DNA of 64,000 nucleotides from Gnetum montanum (Eukaryota > Plantae > Gnetophyta), in the NCBI GenBank assembly GCA_015680685.1, contig MNCI01001197.1, positions 249,272-313,271 of the forward strand, written 5' to 3'. Below the pieces are notes generated by a model. That model was not told the origin of the DNA, did not search any database, and saw only the letters and a program-made list of their open reading frames with translations. A program made the translations under genes and the position numbers. Below, piece by piece: positions 36,690 to 50,940 of the stretch. Numbering within the stretch: the first letter of the stretch is position 1; each line of letters opens with the position of its first letter.

Positions 36690-39600
36690 GCTAATTGGCT
36701 ATCAATGCATGGTTCCAAAGGTTACAAGGACATAACATGGAAGGATCAAGGGTGCATCTCACTTGTGCAAACCTTTTCCAATCTTTAAAAGGTTAGAAAA
36801 TGTGTAAGGCCTACTCTACACAAGTTCGTACTCTCCATCCCCTTCATTGATGATGTTGAAGGGAAGCTCCTCCCACACTATGTTCCATTGTTCATCGTTA
36901 TCACTTTTGATTTTCCCTACACTCTCAGGCTGCTAGATTTCATGGCTAGGAGTTTCTTCTTGAAACTCCACTTCAAATCCCTACTCTATATCTATGTTGT
37001 TAATAGTTAGGGGAACTATGTTATCACCATGAATGATGATTTCACCTCTCTCGTAAGGAAGATGAATCTCTTGGTGGATAGGTGAAGACACAGCTCATAA
37101 CTAATCCAACCAAGGTCTTTCCTAGATAATATTAAACCCTGGCATCTTCTCCACCATTGAGAAGTCAACGGTTGTGGGTAATTGCTTCCCTACCACAAAA
37201 TCTAAGGAGATAAACCCTTTAATAGCAACCCTCGACCTATTGAAGAACTTGAGAGCTGATGTTGTTGTATGTTGTATTTTCTCAATCAAACATAAGTGCT
37301 TAATAATGGTACATGGGATAGCATTAGTTGCAGCACCATCACCAACATGCACTCGATGCACCTTGTGTTGTTCCACGTGTATGGTTATGAAAAGAGGAGC
37401 CCTAGTTACTTCACCATTTTTAGGGATATTCTTGACTTCTCTATCACTAAACACTAATGATGTTGACTTATTTTCCCTCGAAGAAAAAGGAACCATTACC
37501 ACATGAATGGATTTCTCATTAGTAGAGATGTCCTCACTAATGAAGCATAGAAGTCAACATTTTGACTAGTTCTTCACAATGTGTAATAGAAGTCATGATC
37601 AAGTCATATAGGCTAAAGGTTGTATTTTTTTGTTTGTTAAAATATTTTCCTTACTCCATCACATTGATGAAGCTTTTATCATTGGTCGTGGTCTTGTTGC
37701 TACAATTGTGCTTCACTTCCTCCATGTGTCCCAAAATGCCTACTTCAACCTTGGGTTATTTCCTCTTTCTTATTCTCTTGGCTCTTGCATTCCTCCCATG
37801 GTTTGCTTATAGAAGCAACCTAGGTTGTGGCAGTCATGGATATTGAGAATATGGGAATGGGCTTCAATGGATCCACTTCCTTCCCTAACTTGGCTTGCTT
37901 ATCATCTTTGTTGTTCTACTTAGGCTTCTTTCTTTACTTGGTTGAGGCCTTCTGATTATTATTGGTTGTGTATAAGTTATAGAACTAGCCAGCACAAGGC
38001 CACAGGAGACTACTATTTTATTAGCTAGACTATTTGGGTTATAGTGGGCTAGGTAACCCTAATGAAAAAAGGTTCTTTTGGAAGCACTTGTAGGGTATCC
38101 TTAGAAAAAATGGGGATCTTGAGCTAGTGGAAGCTAGAGAGCCATGTTTGTTGCAAGGGAGTACCCATATCATGAATGGTTACCTCATAGGCCTTTTATT
38201 ATCATTGATGTTGAATGTCGATATAATAGGAATCATAATTAGTGTTCAACAAGTCCTTATACACCTACATTAATTGATTCTATGATCAAAATAGGTTGGA
38301 GGCATTTAGGACCAACTCTTTCCTATCTATCATCTTTTTTAGTTCATCCTTCAATACAAGGCAAAAGTCAATGTCATGACCAAGAAATTGATAATGATGG
38401 CAAAAGTAATTTAGCTTAAAGAACCTAAGCACTTGAGGATCATGCTTTGTCATTTGAATGGGATTTTTGGCTATTTCTCATAGTCATTCATTTTTTTATA
38501 TTGTATACGCCTACTCTTCAATAGTTAATTTAGTTAGTTCAAATGGCTTCAAGGGTAAGCTAGTGTACTTTCTACAATCCTTCCATTCAAAGTTTGTCCT
38601 AGGTGCAATCGATGTAGTGACCCTAGAGGTTGATGGCTAGTTATCTTGATTATTAGTATGAACCTTTGGTGGATTAGCCGTTGGCCCTTGGTTGGTTGTG
38701 CTAGTCTCTTTGGTTACAATTGCTACCACCACATTGTTCTACTTGCCTCTCTCCTTGTTCTTTCAAGTGTGTTCATTTTTGTATGCCATGTAGATGAGGT
38801 CATCACTAGCCTCTGTAGCATCCTCTATGTTTTTCATCTGAGAGAAGGCTTGACTGAGTGAGCACAAGTCAAGGTAATATACCTTGGACTTAATAAAATC
38901 ATTGACTACCCCCTTGAATATAGTCAAAAGGTGGATTTCAACTATAGGCTTTGGTATCTCATTTAGAAAATTTTTCCATCATTGAATGAACTTCTACACT
39001 AGCCAAGGGATCTTTGCTTGACCTTCATTAGTTGATCAAGCATGGTGTTGAGATTCAAGTTATACTTGAAGAGATTAACAAATTAAGCTATCAGGTCTAC
39101 AAGAGAGGATATAGATCCTCTAGATAGGATGCAATACTAGTTAAGCACTTTTCCAGTCAAGGACCTAGGGAAAATCCTCATACTAGTATGTGGCTAGAAC
39201 TGTAATAACAGGCACTCTAAGAAAAAAGTTACAAGATGAGCATTGGGATCACCTTCACTTTTATACTTCATGAACTGAGGAATAGGGACATCAAGAGGAA
39301 GCATCAAGGATGGGATCATAGGACTAATAGGATCATCCTAGTTAAAAATCATGATCTTAACACTTTGAGAAGTAGAGGCTTTAAGCCTCTTCAACTCCTC
39401 CATCAGGTCCTAGATCATCTAGAAGGCCTAATCTAGGCCCTATGATGCCCTTGTAGGCTTCAAGATCTAAACGAATGATTGCAATATTTGTTGAGAGGCA
39501 TGTGGCCTCACTATTAGTTATGGAACAAAGGGGAGAGGTTGTGTTATAATGATAGTCAATAGGGTAAATAGAGAAATGGATGTTTATGCTAGTATATGAG

Positions 39601-40200
39601 GCACAAATAGAACAAAGGTGATATGTGAACCCTAGGTTACTTAGGATCTCATTGTTGGATCCCATCTAAGAGATCAATAGGTTGGTGTTGGTAGCCACCA
39701 CCAATGATAGTCGTACTAACATGGGCTAGGTGGAAAATGGCATAGCAAAGTTAAATGTGATCAACTATGGCATTGATTGTATTTGGTGCATAGCAATTAT
39801 CGATGTGGGATAGACCATCATTAGGTAGGAAAGGGTAGAGGATGGAAGCACCTAGCACATGGATAAAACAAAGGGGGTGGAGGATGGCACTATGGCCTTG
39901 GGGGATGCTTGTTGGAACAACTCACCTAGGATGTTTTTGGGCTCGAATTCTACCATAAACTCATCCTTCTCTTCCTCTTACTCCTCCAAGCTATGCTTTT
40001 CATCCTCTTTATCCATCTCAATGAGCTAAGATAGGGTGCAAGCATAGGCATCATTGAGGGAAATTTAATAATGTGAGGAAGGGATATATTCTTTCCCATC
40101 TTGATGTATGAGTTCAAACTCCCTTTTGGCTTCTACTTCCACACATGGAATTAGCATGCTAGCATGAATTTTGGCACAAATGTAGTTATAGTGATCTTCA
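36690..40200 (-). pseudogene. gag: gag and protease of element C
   Basis: Minus strand GDPNAHLVTFF..IFPRSLTGKVLN*YCIL..SISS (~39250-39090); protease HKVHRVHVGDGAATNAIP (ORF 37122-37502). Confidence 0.85.
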
Positions 40201-40989
40201 TTTATGGTTGAAGATTTAGGACTTCACCCCCTAAGCCTCAAAGACTACCTACACTCAATGATAATAGGGTCCTTGGGATCATATACCCTCATGACTTGTT
40301 GGTTGGCCCCACTATTAGTGAATGTGCTAGAGATATGCTATAAATGGATGGTCAAAAGTGTAAATTTTAGCAAGAAAAAATGGAAAAAAATTAAAAATGG
40401 TGAAAATGGCCAAAAAAAGTCACTTACTATAAATAGTAAGGGGGTTGCCAAAGGGGGTATACCCCTTTACCCAATATGAAAAGTGGTAGCAAAGCTTACC
40501 CACACTAGGCTTTCTAGTTTCACCCATGTTGGATGTAGCAAGGGGAAATAAAGGGGGTGAGATAGGGAGATCTCACATGTTCCTAGCCAACATTGGTAAA
40601 GAAGGGGGGCTAGAAAATCTAAAGTGAAAACTTGAAACTTTCCACAAGCAATAGTTTTAGTAGGCTACCAACTTTCACAGCAAGGGGGGATGGGAGTTTG
40701 GTTGTTAAAACCATTAACACTAGCTTCCTAGGGAAAATGTGGTAGAAAAAAGGGAAAAAATTACATTAAATGATCAACACTAGCTTTAGGAATTCATAGC
40801 AACTACTGTAAAATTTCAAGACCCAAACACCTACAACTCCCATGCAGGGTTTTGGGGAGTAGAGGGGGATGGACGAGAATATTAATTGTAGTATAGATTT
40901 GAAGGTTTCGACTACAAACTAGAGATTATATCTTGTAGGTTAATGTTGGCTATGAGAAAAATATATTTTGATACATAAATTGAATGGAG

Positions 40990-41007
40990 CCCCTCCTTCT
41001 AGTGTCA
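40990..41007 (-). other. Primer-binding site (tRNA-Asn type) of element C
   Basis: Minus strand TGACACTAGAAGGAGGGG, a decayed TGGCGCTAGAAGGAGGGG. Confidence 0.85.
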
Positions 41008-41013
41008 AAAAAC

Positions 41014-42500
41014 TATTGCAACCAAAAAATTCAATCACTGGAAAATCAAAAGTCTCGATGCAACAACCTCAACCCCAAATCTCCAAGGCCTCCAAAGAAT
41101 AGAATTCAAGGTATCCTAGATGGTTAAACAAATCACCTAGGAACTTAGAGAATCTAGAATGAATAATGTAGAAAGAAAAATATAAATTTAAATAACCAAA
41201 AGCAAAAAAAATTACATACAAAACTAAAATCTTAAAAATTTACTCAAAAATAAAGAATGAGTTCAATGGGTGTGTATAAGAAAATCCTGTAGGAGAATAA
41301 AGAAGGGTCCAAAGTCTATTAAAGCTAATGAAATCCACTCCATGATCTAGATGCTCCAGATGTTATTGAACCCTCCTTTCTTACTACTCCAAATTTGCAA
41401 CGTTGCTTACTACTAGGGGTGTTGAGAAATGTGTAAAAGTTTGGCTACCAAAGTGGGCAACGTTGGGAGTCGAGGTTCCCAAGATCACAACATAAAACCC
41501 ATAAGGCTACAGGGATTCCATGCTAAGTAGATCTAAGAATTTGAATTTTTACAAGTATGCAAGAGCTCTCAAATGCTACAAATGCTAAAGCATATGAATG
41601 CAAAGGGTGTGGAACCTAAAAATGGTGTTGGGATTTAGATTTTATAGATTTTGGACCATGAATGAGGTTGTAATTTGGTTATGATTCAACTATAATTTGG
41701 CTAACAATTTACTATAAATTTCTATCACATACAAGTGAGATGGATGCTCAAATTTGTATGGTTACTATGTATGCAAAGTGCCACACCCCCATGGCCATTC
41801 TGTTTACTATAAATAGTAATAAGGGCACACCATCCATGCTAACTTTGTTCTTCCACATTGGGTCTTTTTCCATCCTTGTTGGAGTGCATGATCAACATTG
41901 TAGTTAATGAAGTGTTGAAATCTATTGCATGTGGCTTCTATGCTAGGGGTAATGTGTGTCAATGCTAGGGGGAAGATCAATTCTACATGAATAAAACATT
42001 AATGCTAGGAGGAAGGTTATACCCCTCCACACTAAGTATTGATGGTCCCACACTCCTCCACACTCGTGGTAGATGAGTTCTACCCTCCTACACCCCTCTA
42101 CATTAGGGGTAGGTGAACTACAGCCCTCATGCATGCATTTCTAGCGTAGAAAGTACTATAACCCCCATAAAACCCATCAAATTGCCATTTTTGGCATTCC
42201 AAAAGGCATTTTCAACCTCCCCAAGCCAAAATATAGATAGTACATGACTTTTTCCACTTGGGGAATGTGGCTTGGACGACTTATGAGGTTTTTTTATTTA
42301 TTTCAAAAGTATGAGATATGTGAGATTGCTTCTCATGGGTTACAATCTCCATGTTTACAGTGAAGTTTTACCTTAGGTTTCATGGGGTGAAGGCTACATG
42401 ATGGAAAATGGTTACAATCATGCAAATTTTGGTGGTGTTTCACTAGTGAAGGTTGAAAAAGAAATAACACTCTGGTGTGGAAGATTAAGGCTAATTTTCA
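41014..42500 (-). repeat. Probable 5' LTR of element C (distal end uncertain)
   Basis: Lies immediately upstream of the PBS on minus and ends ..GGTTGCAATA. No second copy in the window to fix the boundary. Confidence 0.55.
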
Positions 42501-43199
42501 ATGTCATTTCATAGTTTACTATATGAGAGGAGTTGATCATGTTGCATGTATTATATATAGAGAAATCAATCGTATTAACACATCAAGATCTTACTGTCAT
42601 GGCTTGCTCAATCCTATGACATAAAAAAAAACTCACAATCCATATAAATTTCTAGTGAGGTTCATTAGAAGATAGTGTATTTATTATGTGTTTCACATCT
42701 AACAGAAAAAAGTGTAAGTTGCACCTAAATATGTTATTCACATATTTCACCTTAATCTGCAATGACCAACATAAAATAAAACTCATAGTTCTCTAAAACA
42801 TGCCAATTGAAAATACTTGCATCGTAGGGTAAAATGTAAAATATAAAAAGAATTGCATCGATTCAAAATTTATCTTTTACATTTCACTTTCATAAAAACA
42901 ACAAGTAAGCAGCAGCATCGTAGAAGGCCACACAATAGACTAAGGAAGGCAAGAGGAAGGATAGAACATAAAATTTCCATTGAAAAGTTTAGACTTTAGA
43001 ATTGTCAGTAGTAATGACTAGGAGGGTGAGTTAAACTACACTACAATCCAAAATTAGATGCTTTTTAATAGGCTAAGGTTTGCTACAATGGTCTATGACA
43101 ATTTATTATACTTTAGTGTGACCATGGCTGTGTTTTCTTTCTTTCATGATTAACGTAGAATTACCATAAAACCTTTAACTTCTTTCTAGTTTTCTATTT

Positions 43200-44296
43200 T
43201 GAGGATTGAGAACTTAGAATGGGGGATTAAATAATCTTCCAAAATAAAATTGATCAACCACAAAAACCACACTCAAATTTTACATGGTTTCCCAACTTGG
43301 GTACATCCACATTTAGAGGGTAGAATCCATGCACACCTCTAGACTTGTTTCTCTAAAATGTGGTTTGAAGGGTACCACACCCTAAACAAGCTTTAAGCTC
43401 CACACCATAGTGTTTTGTCATTTTGAAACCACTCAACCCTGCAAGGTCTTGACAATCTTAGAATGTGATTTCAAGGATCCCACAACCTTTACAAAATTGA
43501 TCTTTGCTCCAGAGTGTTTTGATGCTGCACAAACACTCAATCCAATAAGATTGCAACAAGCTCAATGAGGATACCTTCTTGGAAGAAGCACATCAACCTC
43601 ATAGGACTACAAGAAAGAGAGAAACAAAAACACAAGGAAAGAATGTAACTTAACTTATAAGTCCTTGTACTTTGAAGCATAATTCTACAAACAATCAAGA
43701 AAATGATATGACAAATGAGGTACACAGGTATAATAGCATAGAATAGAAAATGATTTCTTTGATGTTGACAATGTTTTCCCAGTACCCAAGAGTTTGAAAT
43801 TTACTTATAGCATTAGAGTTTTCAAAAACACCTCAAAATTCATGCAATGATTATCTAATGACTAGTGTAGACATCTCCTTCGAAATTGGGATATCTATCT
43901 GAAATCAACTGCAACTTTGGGGAGATGTCTCATTTCAAGATGGAACATCTCTACAAAGGCATCTTTGGGGAGACTTCTTCTTATAATAGACTTCACCTTG
44001 GCCAAGATGTCTTATGTTCCTTGGAGACATCTTCCCAACTTCTAAGCTCTATTTCTTAAGGCTTTGTCATATTGATTTAACCTCTTCCCAATCCTTGAAG
44101 CATCTTCATTTGACTTGTAGCCTTTTTTTATCCATGCTTGTCCATGTTTTTATCTTGCCCATGTAGTCTTCCCTTTGACATCTCTTTGTAGATCTCACTT
44201 CTTAAGTTCTCATTCATGCCTTGCAAAATCATCACACTCCACAACATTCTATGTTCTTCATTTTCCTTAAGGTTTTGACATACCAAAAGGTCAATA
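43200..44296 (-). repeat. 3' LTR of element E
   Basis: Follows the minus-strand PPT; contains GAGACGTCTC-like palindromic motifs; homologous to 48683-49445. Confidence 0.85.
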
Positions 44297-44310
44297 ATCT
44301 CCACCTTTTT
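44297..44310 (-). other. PPT of element E
   Basis: Minus strand GGACATCACTAAAAAGGTGGAGAT. A second tract GATGTCCAAAATGGGGGAGAG at ~44666-44686 gives the multiple-PPT layout known from Sireviruses. Confidence 0.75.
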
Positions 44311-44713
44311 AGTGATGTCCAAAGCTTAAGAAAATGGATGAGTCGATAAATAATTTGAATAAAAATAACCAATAAAAATATTAAGACATAAATTTCAATG
44401 GCAACCAAGGTTATAACTAGGATAATGGTTCTAAAGCTCAAGGAATAGAGTAAAGATCACATGAAATCTAAATTGAAGCTATACTATGCAAAGGCACAAC
44501 ATGTTTTCATAATAATGCAACAAAACACATAATCATGATAGAAGCATAATCTATCCATATCATAATCTATCCATAACATAATCAATTCACAAGACATAAA
44601 AACACTAATATATCCTTATCATGTACAAAAATCACATATGTATACATCCATAAACCACCAAACCTCTCTCCCCCATTTTGGACATCAGCAAAAGGAGGGA
44701 TGACACAAGGACT

Positions 44714-46339
44714 CTAATCACTAACCTTGGTGACATCTTTAGAGTTCTCATCTACAGCAGATGCAGCACAAGAAGGTCTATAACTCTTCTCCTCTTCATC
44801 ATCACTGCTAGTACTAGTGCTAGAGACATGCTACTCAACATCATCATCTAAAGACAATACTTGGAATAAGAGTTCTTCATGAACAAAGCTTCACTTGAAG
44901 TCAATATGAAACTAGTGGATCCAACTAAGATGGAGTTAGCTAAGAGGATGCAGAAGTATCCTTCCTCTGGTATGTGATGGCATCAGTAGGCCTCCATTAG
45001 GATGAAGTCCCAAATAAGCTCTCCATGGCCTACTACTCAAAATACCTAGCAACATCATCCTAATGATGAAAATTGGGTCTATAGTGCATGGGATCATGAT
45101 GCTCCCCCTAAACATGTGTCGATGTTGCATCAAGCTTCTATAAATTGAACTCATTTCCTAAGTCATAAGCCTAGGAAATTCCAACTACTACTGAATGTCT
45201 TGGTAGAACAAGAAGGTCCCCCTCATTATCTGAAATGGGAAGAGTGGTGATCTCATCAAACTATTGTTCATCAAAAGGAAGAGGTACTCTGGGTGCATCA
45301 TTTTCTTACGAAGGTAAGAGAGATTACTGCCAAGAATTCCCAAGATATGAGCAAACAGTTGAAGTAGCTTCTTTCGGGAAGATCTCACCTATCCATTACT
45401 ATATTTTGACCTTCTCAACTAAGAAGGGCTCAAGATGGTGATGCTAATCTCTTCTTCTTCTGGGACTGAGGTGACCTAGTACTAGGTCCTACTTCATCAA
45501 CATGGGAGGAGTTCTTCTTCTCTGCATACTCATTGAGGCTTCTTTTCCTTTAGGCAAAGGCATATCTAGAATAGATACACCTTGCTAACAGATCAACAAG
45601 CTGATGAGGTGAGGATGCCCAAGGATTCTCTCCTTGGTAAACAAATCCAACATGTCATGGCAAAGAGTATGACCCAAGTCCAATGGTTGTCTTGTAAGTA
45701 GGTAGTACAAAATAAATGATTGGGTAGGAAAAAAATCATTATAACTTACCCATTTTCAATGATGTTATACAAAATAGGAATTAATAGGATGAAAGAATCT
45801 AGTGCCATCTAACTTCTATAAATTCTCCCATTAGGAAAAGACATTGACTCCCCAAACAATGCATCACAAAATTCATCTTGGGAAACTCAAATCATACCAT
45901 TTGTAAAAATATCATTCATGGAATGAATACTAATCCTAAAGAAATTAGCACTAGAAATTCCAAGAAGTGCATTGACCACTTGAGAAGACACATCAATCAC
46001 AAAACCCCCAACCATGATAGTAAAAGCTCCAACAGAAGCATTTGTAATAACAATGTTACAGTAAAACTCTCCAATGAGAATTTTAGGCACATAGACATCC
46101 ACAAAAATGAAAGTAACCCAATTTAATACTTGGAAGAAACTCATCAACTCTTTCTACCTATGCTAAGAAAAGGAAAGAGAATTCTTGGAAATGATGAAAA
46201 CGATTCAAGTTACCTCAAACTACTGTTTGGCGCTAACTGATCTAAACTAGGGATTGTAGGTGCTGGAATTGCTAGTTGATGCTCCCTTTGACTTCTTCTT
46301 TGGTGGCACCTTTGATGTTTCAACCTTCTTGTGGGCCAT
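44714..46339 (-). pseudogene. env-like (plant transposon protein) ORF of element E
   Basis: MAHKKVETSKV..FFQVLNWVTF..YVPKILIGEFYCNI..VGGFVIDVSSQVVNALLGI, with an acidic C-terminus. Position just before the PPT is typical of SIRE extra ORFs. Confidence 0.7.
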
Positions 46340-46769
46340 GATTTTGAGAAAAATGCATAGATTGTTGTTGTAGATGCTGCTCTAGTCATCTCCCCTTAGT
46401 TGTCTCATTGAAAAATGAATCAAAAAGAAGGGTTTTGGTTTATATAATCACGTCAAATGAGGGTTTTTAACAAAAAAGTAGATGTTTCCTTTGAAAGATA
46501 GACATCTCATCCATGCCTATAAATTATAGGTAGATGCCTCTTTTTGAAAGTATACATCTTTTCTACATTTAGAAAAAACATAGGTAGACGTCTCCTTTTG
46601 AAAGTAGGCATCTCATGGGAGACGTCTCTTGGTAGACATCTCAACAAGATGGCGTTGTTGCAAGATAAATCATGGAGATGGTTGTCAAGATTTATAGTCT
46701 TAAAAGCTACTTACAATTAAAAAATTTCCTCTACTTACCCCCCTTACTAACGAAAATGAAGGTGCTTAG

Positions 46770-48650
46770 TAAGCTTGAGAATGAGATTCCTCTTTTGAGG
46801 TTTCTCTTCTCAAATGAACTTCTTCAATTTCCAAGGGTTGGCTCCCTTTCACAAAGTTTTTGGAGAGAGTATTCTCATTCTCATGTTCCTTTCTTTTAAT
46901 TCTCCAAACTTTCTTAACTCCATTATCTTTTTGAGCTTCCCTCATTTCCTTGGCATCGTACATAGTTTCCTTGGTATCATACATAGTTTCCTTTCTAGAC
47001 ATTTTTGGATAAGACCAAGGAGCCTTATGATATAACCAGGTATTCATATGATAATATTTTGAATTTTAATTCCATTTCTTATGCCCAAACTTATTATAGT
47101 AATAACATCTAACCTTTCCATTGTGGTTAAAGTAATCAAACCTTGGAATTGTCTTTAGGTTACCTAATAGTGCTAGGGGTTATCTCAGTCTTTGAAGTGT
47201 TTTCATATTTAGATGATATTTTTGTAGATTCATGTTCTTGTTGACAACATCCTAGACCAATTTTATCATTTTAACTTCTCCCTTTTCCAAGAGCCATCTG
47301 AAGAAACTCTTTTCCTTTGACCAGCCTTTCATTTATGAGTTTGGTATCTACAAGTTCTTCTTTAATCTACTCATAAGACTTGGTTAGCTCTTTATTCTCA
47401 ACCCTAAGGTCTAAGATTTCTTTTGTAAGATCTAAAATCTTTAAATTTAATGAATAAATATCTTGATCCTTGATTTTTACTTGTTTATTTAACTTTGTGC
47501 AATGATTTTGAAAAGATAAAAGTTCATTACAAAATAGTTCATACCTTTCTTCATCATTTTCAAATTCATCATTTGGGAGGCCAACATAATCATCTGTGAG
47601 GGTCATACAAATGAGGTGTGAATCTTTTACATCATCCTCCACCTCCTCTTCACTTTTTTCTCCATCATCCCAACTTGTGTAGAAGTTGGTCCTTTCCATA
47701 TTTATCTCATTCCTGTCTTTTTGTTGCAACTTGTCATTACTAGGACATTCAGAGGCCACATGGCCTCTTCCACCACATACCCAACATTCTATTGAAGAAG
47801 AATCAAAATTAGAACTTGAAAAATTTTTATTTCTTTCCTTATCTTTAAATTGATTAGGTCTTTGTTTATTGGAGCTCTTACTTCTTTTTTCCATAAGCTT
47901 TTGTAGCCTTCTTTATAGAAGTGATATTTCTTCTTCATTACTGACATCTTACTCAAAAAATTCCTTTTTCTTCAAGGTAGAATTTTGGACAATGGACTAT
48001 TATTTTATTACCTCTTCACTTATGAGGTTCATTTCATAAGCAATAAGAGCACATTAAAGCTCCTTGAATTTTATAACTAAAAAAATCTTTAATATCCTCC
48101 ATGGCTATAACCTTAGGTCTAAATTCTATTTATAGAGTCCTAATCATTTTTATTATTATATAACTTTCAAGCAAGTCCTTACTTGTACCCCTAATTGCCA
48201 CAACTAGATTGTTTTCCCTAGAGAAATAATCTTTTATTTTTCACCTTCTCTCATTCTAAGTTTATCATACTCACTTTACAAAACTAAAAGTTTAGATTGC
48301 TTAACTATCAATATTCCCACATAGGTAGCTTCTAAAGTTTCCCAAAAAAAATTTAGCCATTTTACATCCAGCATTCTATTAAATTTAGGTTTATTCAATG
48401 CATAATATAAACAATTTTTTTCTTTAGAATCATGCATAAACTTATCTCTTTCTTCTTGTGTCCACTTGTTCTAGGTCTTGATGGCCTTTGTTGTGTTGTT
48501 GACAGGCAATGTGTAGCATTCAAGGATGGACTCCAATACTTCAAACTCCGTAGACTCCAAGAAGCCTTACATCCTAGCCTTCTAATAGGCAAAGTCAAAC
48601 CCATTGAACATTGGTGGCTTTGTGTAAGATGTTTCCTAGAGTGTTTTGAC
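46770..48650 (-). pseudogene. gag: copia gag of element E
   Basis: KPPMFNGFDFAY*KARM, zinc knuckle CWVCGGRGHVASECP, coiled coil, ending VKKVWRIK. Confidence 0.85.
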
Positions 48651-48682
48651 ACAGCAAAAACACTTAATCCTATAGGATCCTA

Positions 48683-49445
48683 ACAAGCTCAATGACAATG
48701 CCTTTTTGCAAGAATCACATCAACCCCATAGGTCTACAAGAAAGAGAGAAATAAAAACACAAGAAAGAATGTAACTTAAATTATAAGTCCTTGTACTTTG
48801 AAGCACAACTCCACAAATAATCAAGCAAATGATATGACAAATGAGGTACACAAGTATAATAGCATAGAATAGATAATGATTGCTTTAATGTTGACAATGC
48901 TTGCCCAATACCCAAGAGTTTAAAGTCTACTTATAACATTGAATTTTTTGAAAACACCTCAAAATTCATGCAACAACTATCTAATGGCTAGTGTAGACAT
49001 CTCCTTCAAAATTTGGACATCTCTCTAAAATCAACTTCAACTTTGGGTAGATGTCCCCTTTTAGGATGGGATGTCTCTTAGGGAGACATCTTTAGGAAGA
49101 CATATTCTTTCCAAAGGAGATGTCTTTTTGTGATAGAATTCACCTTGTCCAAGACACCTTTTGTTCCTTAGAGACATCTTCTCAACTTTTGAGCTCTAGT
49201 TCTTGAGCGTTTTCCTTGTTGATTTAACTTCTTCCTAATCCTTGAAGCATCTTTATTTGACTCATAGCATTAATTTTTATCCATGCTTGTTCATGCTCTT
49301 ATCTTGCCTATGTAGTCTCTGCTTTGACATCTCTTTGTAGATCTCACTTCTTGAGTTCTCATTCATGCCCTACAAAATCATCACATTCCACAACATTCTA
49401 TGTTATCCATTTTCCTTAAGGTCTTAACATACCCAAACGTTAACA
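48683..49445 (-). repeat. 5' LTR of element E (inner ~350 bp and PBS deleted)
   Basis: Alignment to the 3' LTR stops at AACAAGCTCAATG (48683 = 43555). No TGGTATCAGAGC is present. Confidence 0.8.
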
Positions 49446-50940
49446 TGTTTTACTATTGAATACATGGATTTTAATGTTTGGATTTTGGTTCTATCCTATT
49501 TTGATGATTCTAGTATTGGTAAATTTAGTGTTTTCTTAATTATCACTAAAACCATTCATCAAGTTTAATCAACATGATCGTGTTTGGTGCAAAAAGGGCA
49601 TTCTCAATGTATGGTAGATATTATTTTGGTTTGTTTTCTCATGTTTGGGAAAATTTATGATAAATAACTTTGTATTTCACAAATTATTTTAGAAATGGAA
49701 AGAAAAACAAATTATTATATTCAAAAGCTTACAAGCATATAATGAGCAAACTAACTGCACTGTTCTGCTTTAGGGTGAAGGAGTAGAATGTGAACATTCC
49801 AAGCTTAAAAAGAGAAAAATAAGTACAAATGCACATGTACATAAGTGAAAAAAATGTAATGATCTACATCAAGAATAATATATTAATATATTAATGGTCA
49901 CCAGTAATTGCAACTCCAAATACATTGACTATCAAGAAGTTGCAAACAAAAGCACCTACTTGCAATTTCTCATATAGGAATATGAAAATATGGTTGTCAT
50001 GTCTTGAAATTAGATAGGAATCTTTGAACTACATAAATGTTAATTACTCATTTGCATTGAAATAACTCACACTTGGTGACATATCATACACCCTCATTGC
50101 AAGACAAAATGAAAACAATGATGCCTAACAACACTTAAGAGTTGGCTACCAACTTCTACACCTTGCAAATGTCATCATATTATATATCCATAAGCATAAG
50201 AATGCAATTTGAAGGGCTATTGAGGTATACATTGAACTTGAACAAACACTTAGAACATCTATAACTCTAAGACATACAACTAGCAATTATGATGCAATTG
50301 AAGCTCAAATCCATGAATTACTTGTTAACAAGCCAATGAGCTAATGATTAAACTACAACACCAGAATGCTAAAGCTAAAAATATTACCATCACCACTAGA
50401 AAACATGACAATTTTAAAATGAAAATTACCTCTTATGTTGAGGGTGTCATCAAAAAAATCATTCAAAGTTCAAGAGAGAGGAGATGCTTCTGGAATAATG
50501 TGGACTTTAGCATAGGAATAATCCTTCATTTACTTTGTGAAATCACATTTTTATATCATTTTCCTCACTTTGGTTTTGGAATTCATGTTATGGGAACAAT
50601 GGCATGATTTTTCATTTAGCAGATGCAAAAAAAGAAGTATTTTTAATTTTTAAAGAAGAAAATAATCCATTAGATATCGATGTTATGAAGTGATCCAAAA
50701 GCTAAACAAATAGTATATAGTTAGGATTGAGATTGAAGCATTGAATTACACCATATATAGATCATAAACTAGTGCAATGGTTAACCTTGAAAATGTAACA
50801 TGGTAATATCAAACAATAAGAGGATATGTGATTTTTACAATGCTTAACCTTCTAAATGTCTATCTATAGTTATGATTGGCTGACAATGATGTAATTGTTA
50901 AAAGTTGTGCTATAATATATTTCTATTTTGTTAGAGAGGA

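Larger units (their letters stand above)
29421..42500 (-). mobile_element. Element C: inverted, truncated member of the element B family (5' LTR-PBS-gag-PR-part of the antisense gene)
   Basis: 29421-38700, excluding insert D, is the reverse complement of ~17460-12000. Minus-strand PBS at 40990-41007. The distal LTR boundary is approximate. Confidence 0.8.
43200..49445 (-). mobile_element. Element E: SIRE-like Ty1/copia derivative with gag and env-like ORF but no pol
   Basis: LTR repeats 43555-44296 vs 48683-49445; TSD TATTT (43195-43199) / TGTTT (49446-49450); two PPT-like tracts; copia gag motifs. Confidence 0.85.

Noticed and set aside
43039-43046. CACTA terminal inverted repeat
   Set aside because: A single CACTACAA with no partner end or TSD in the window; not called as a feature.
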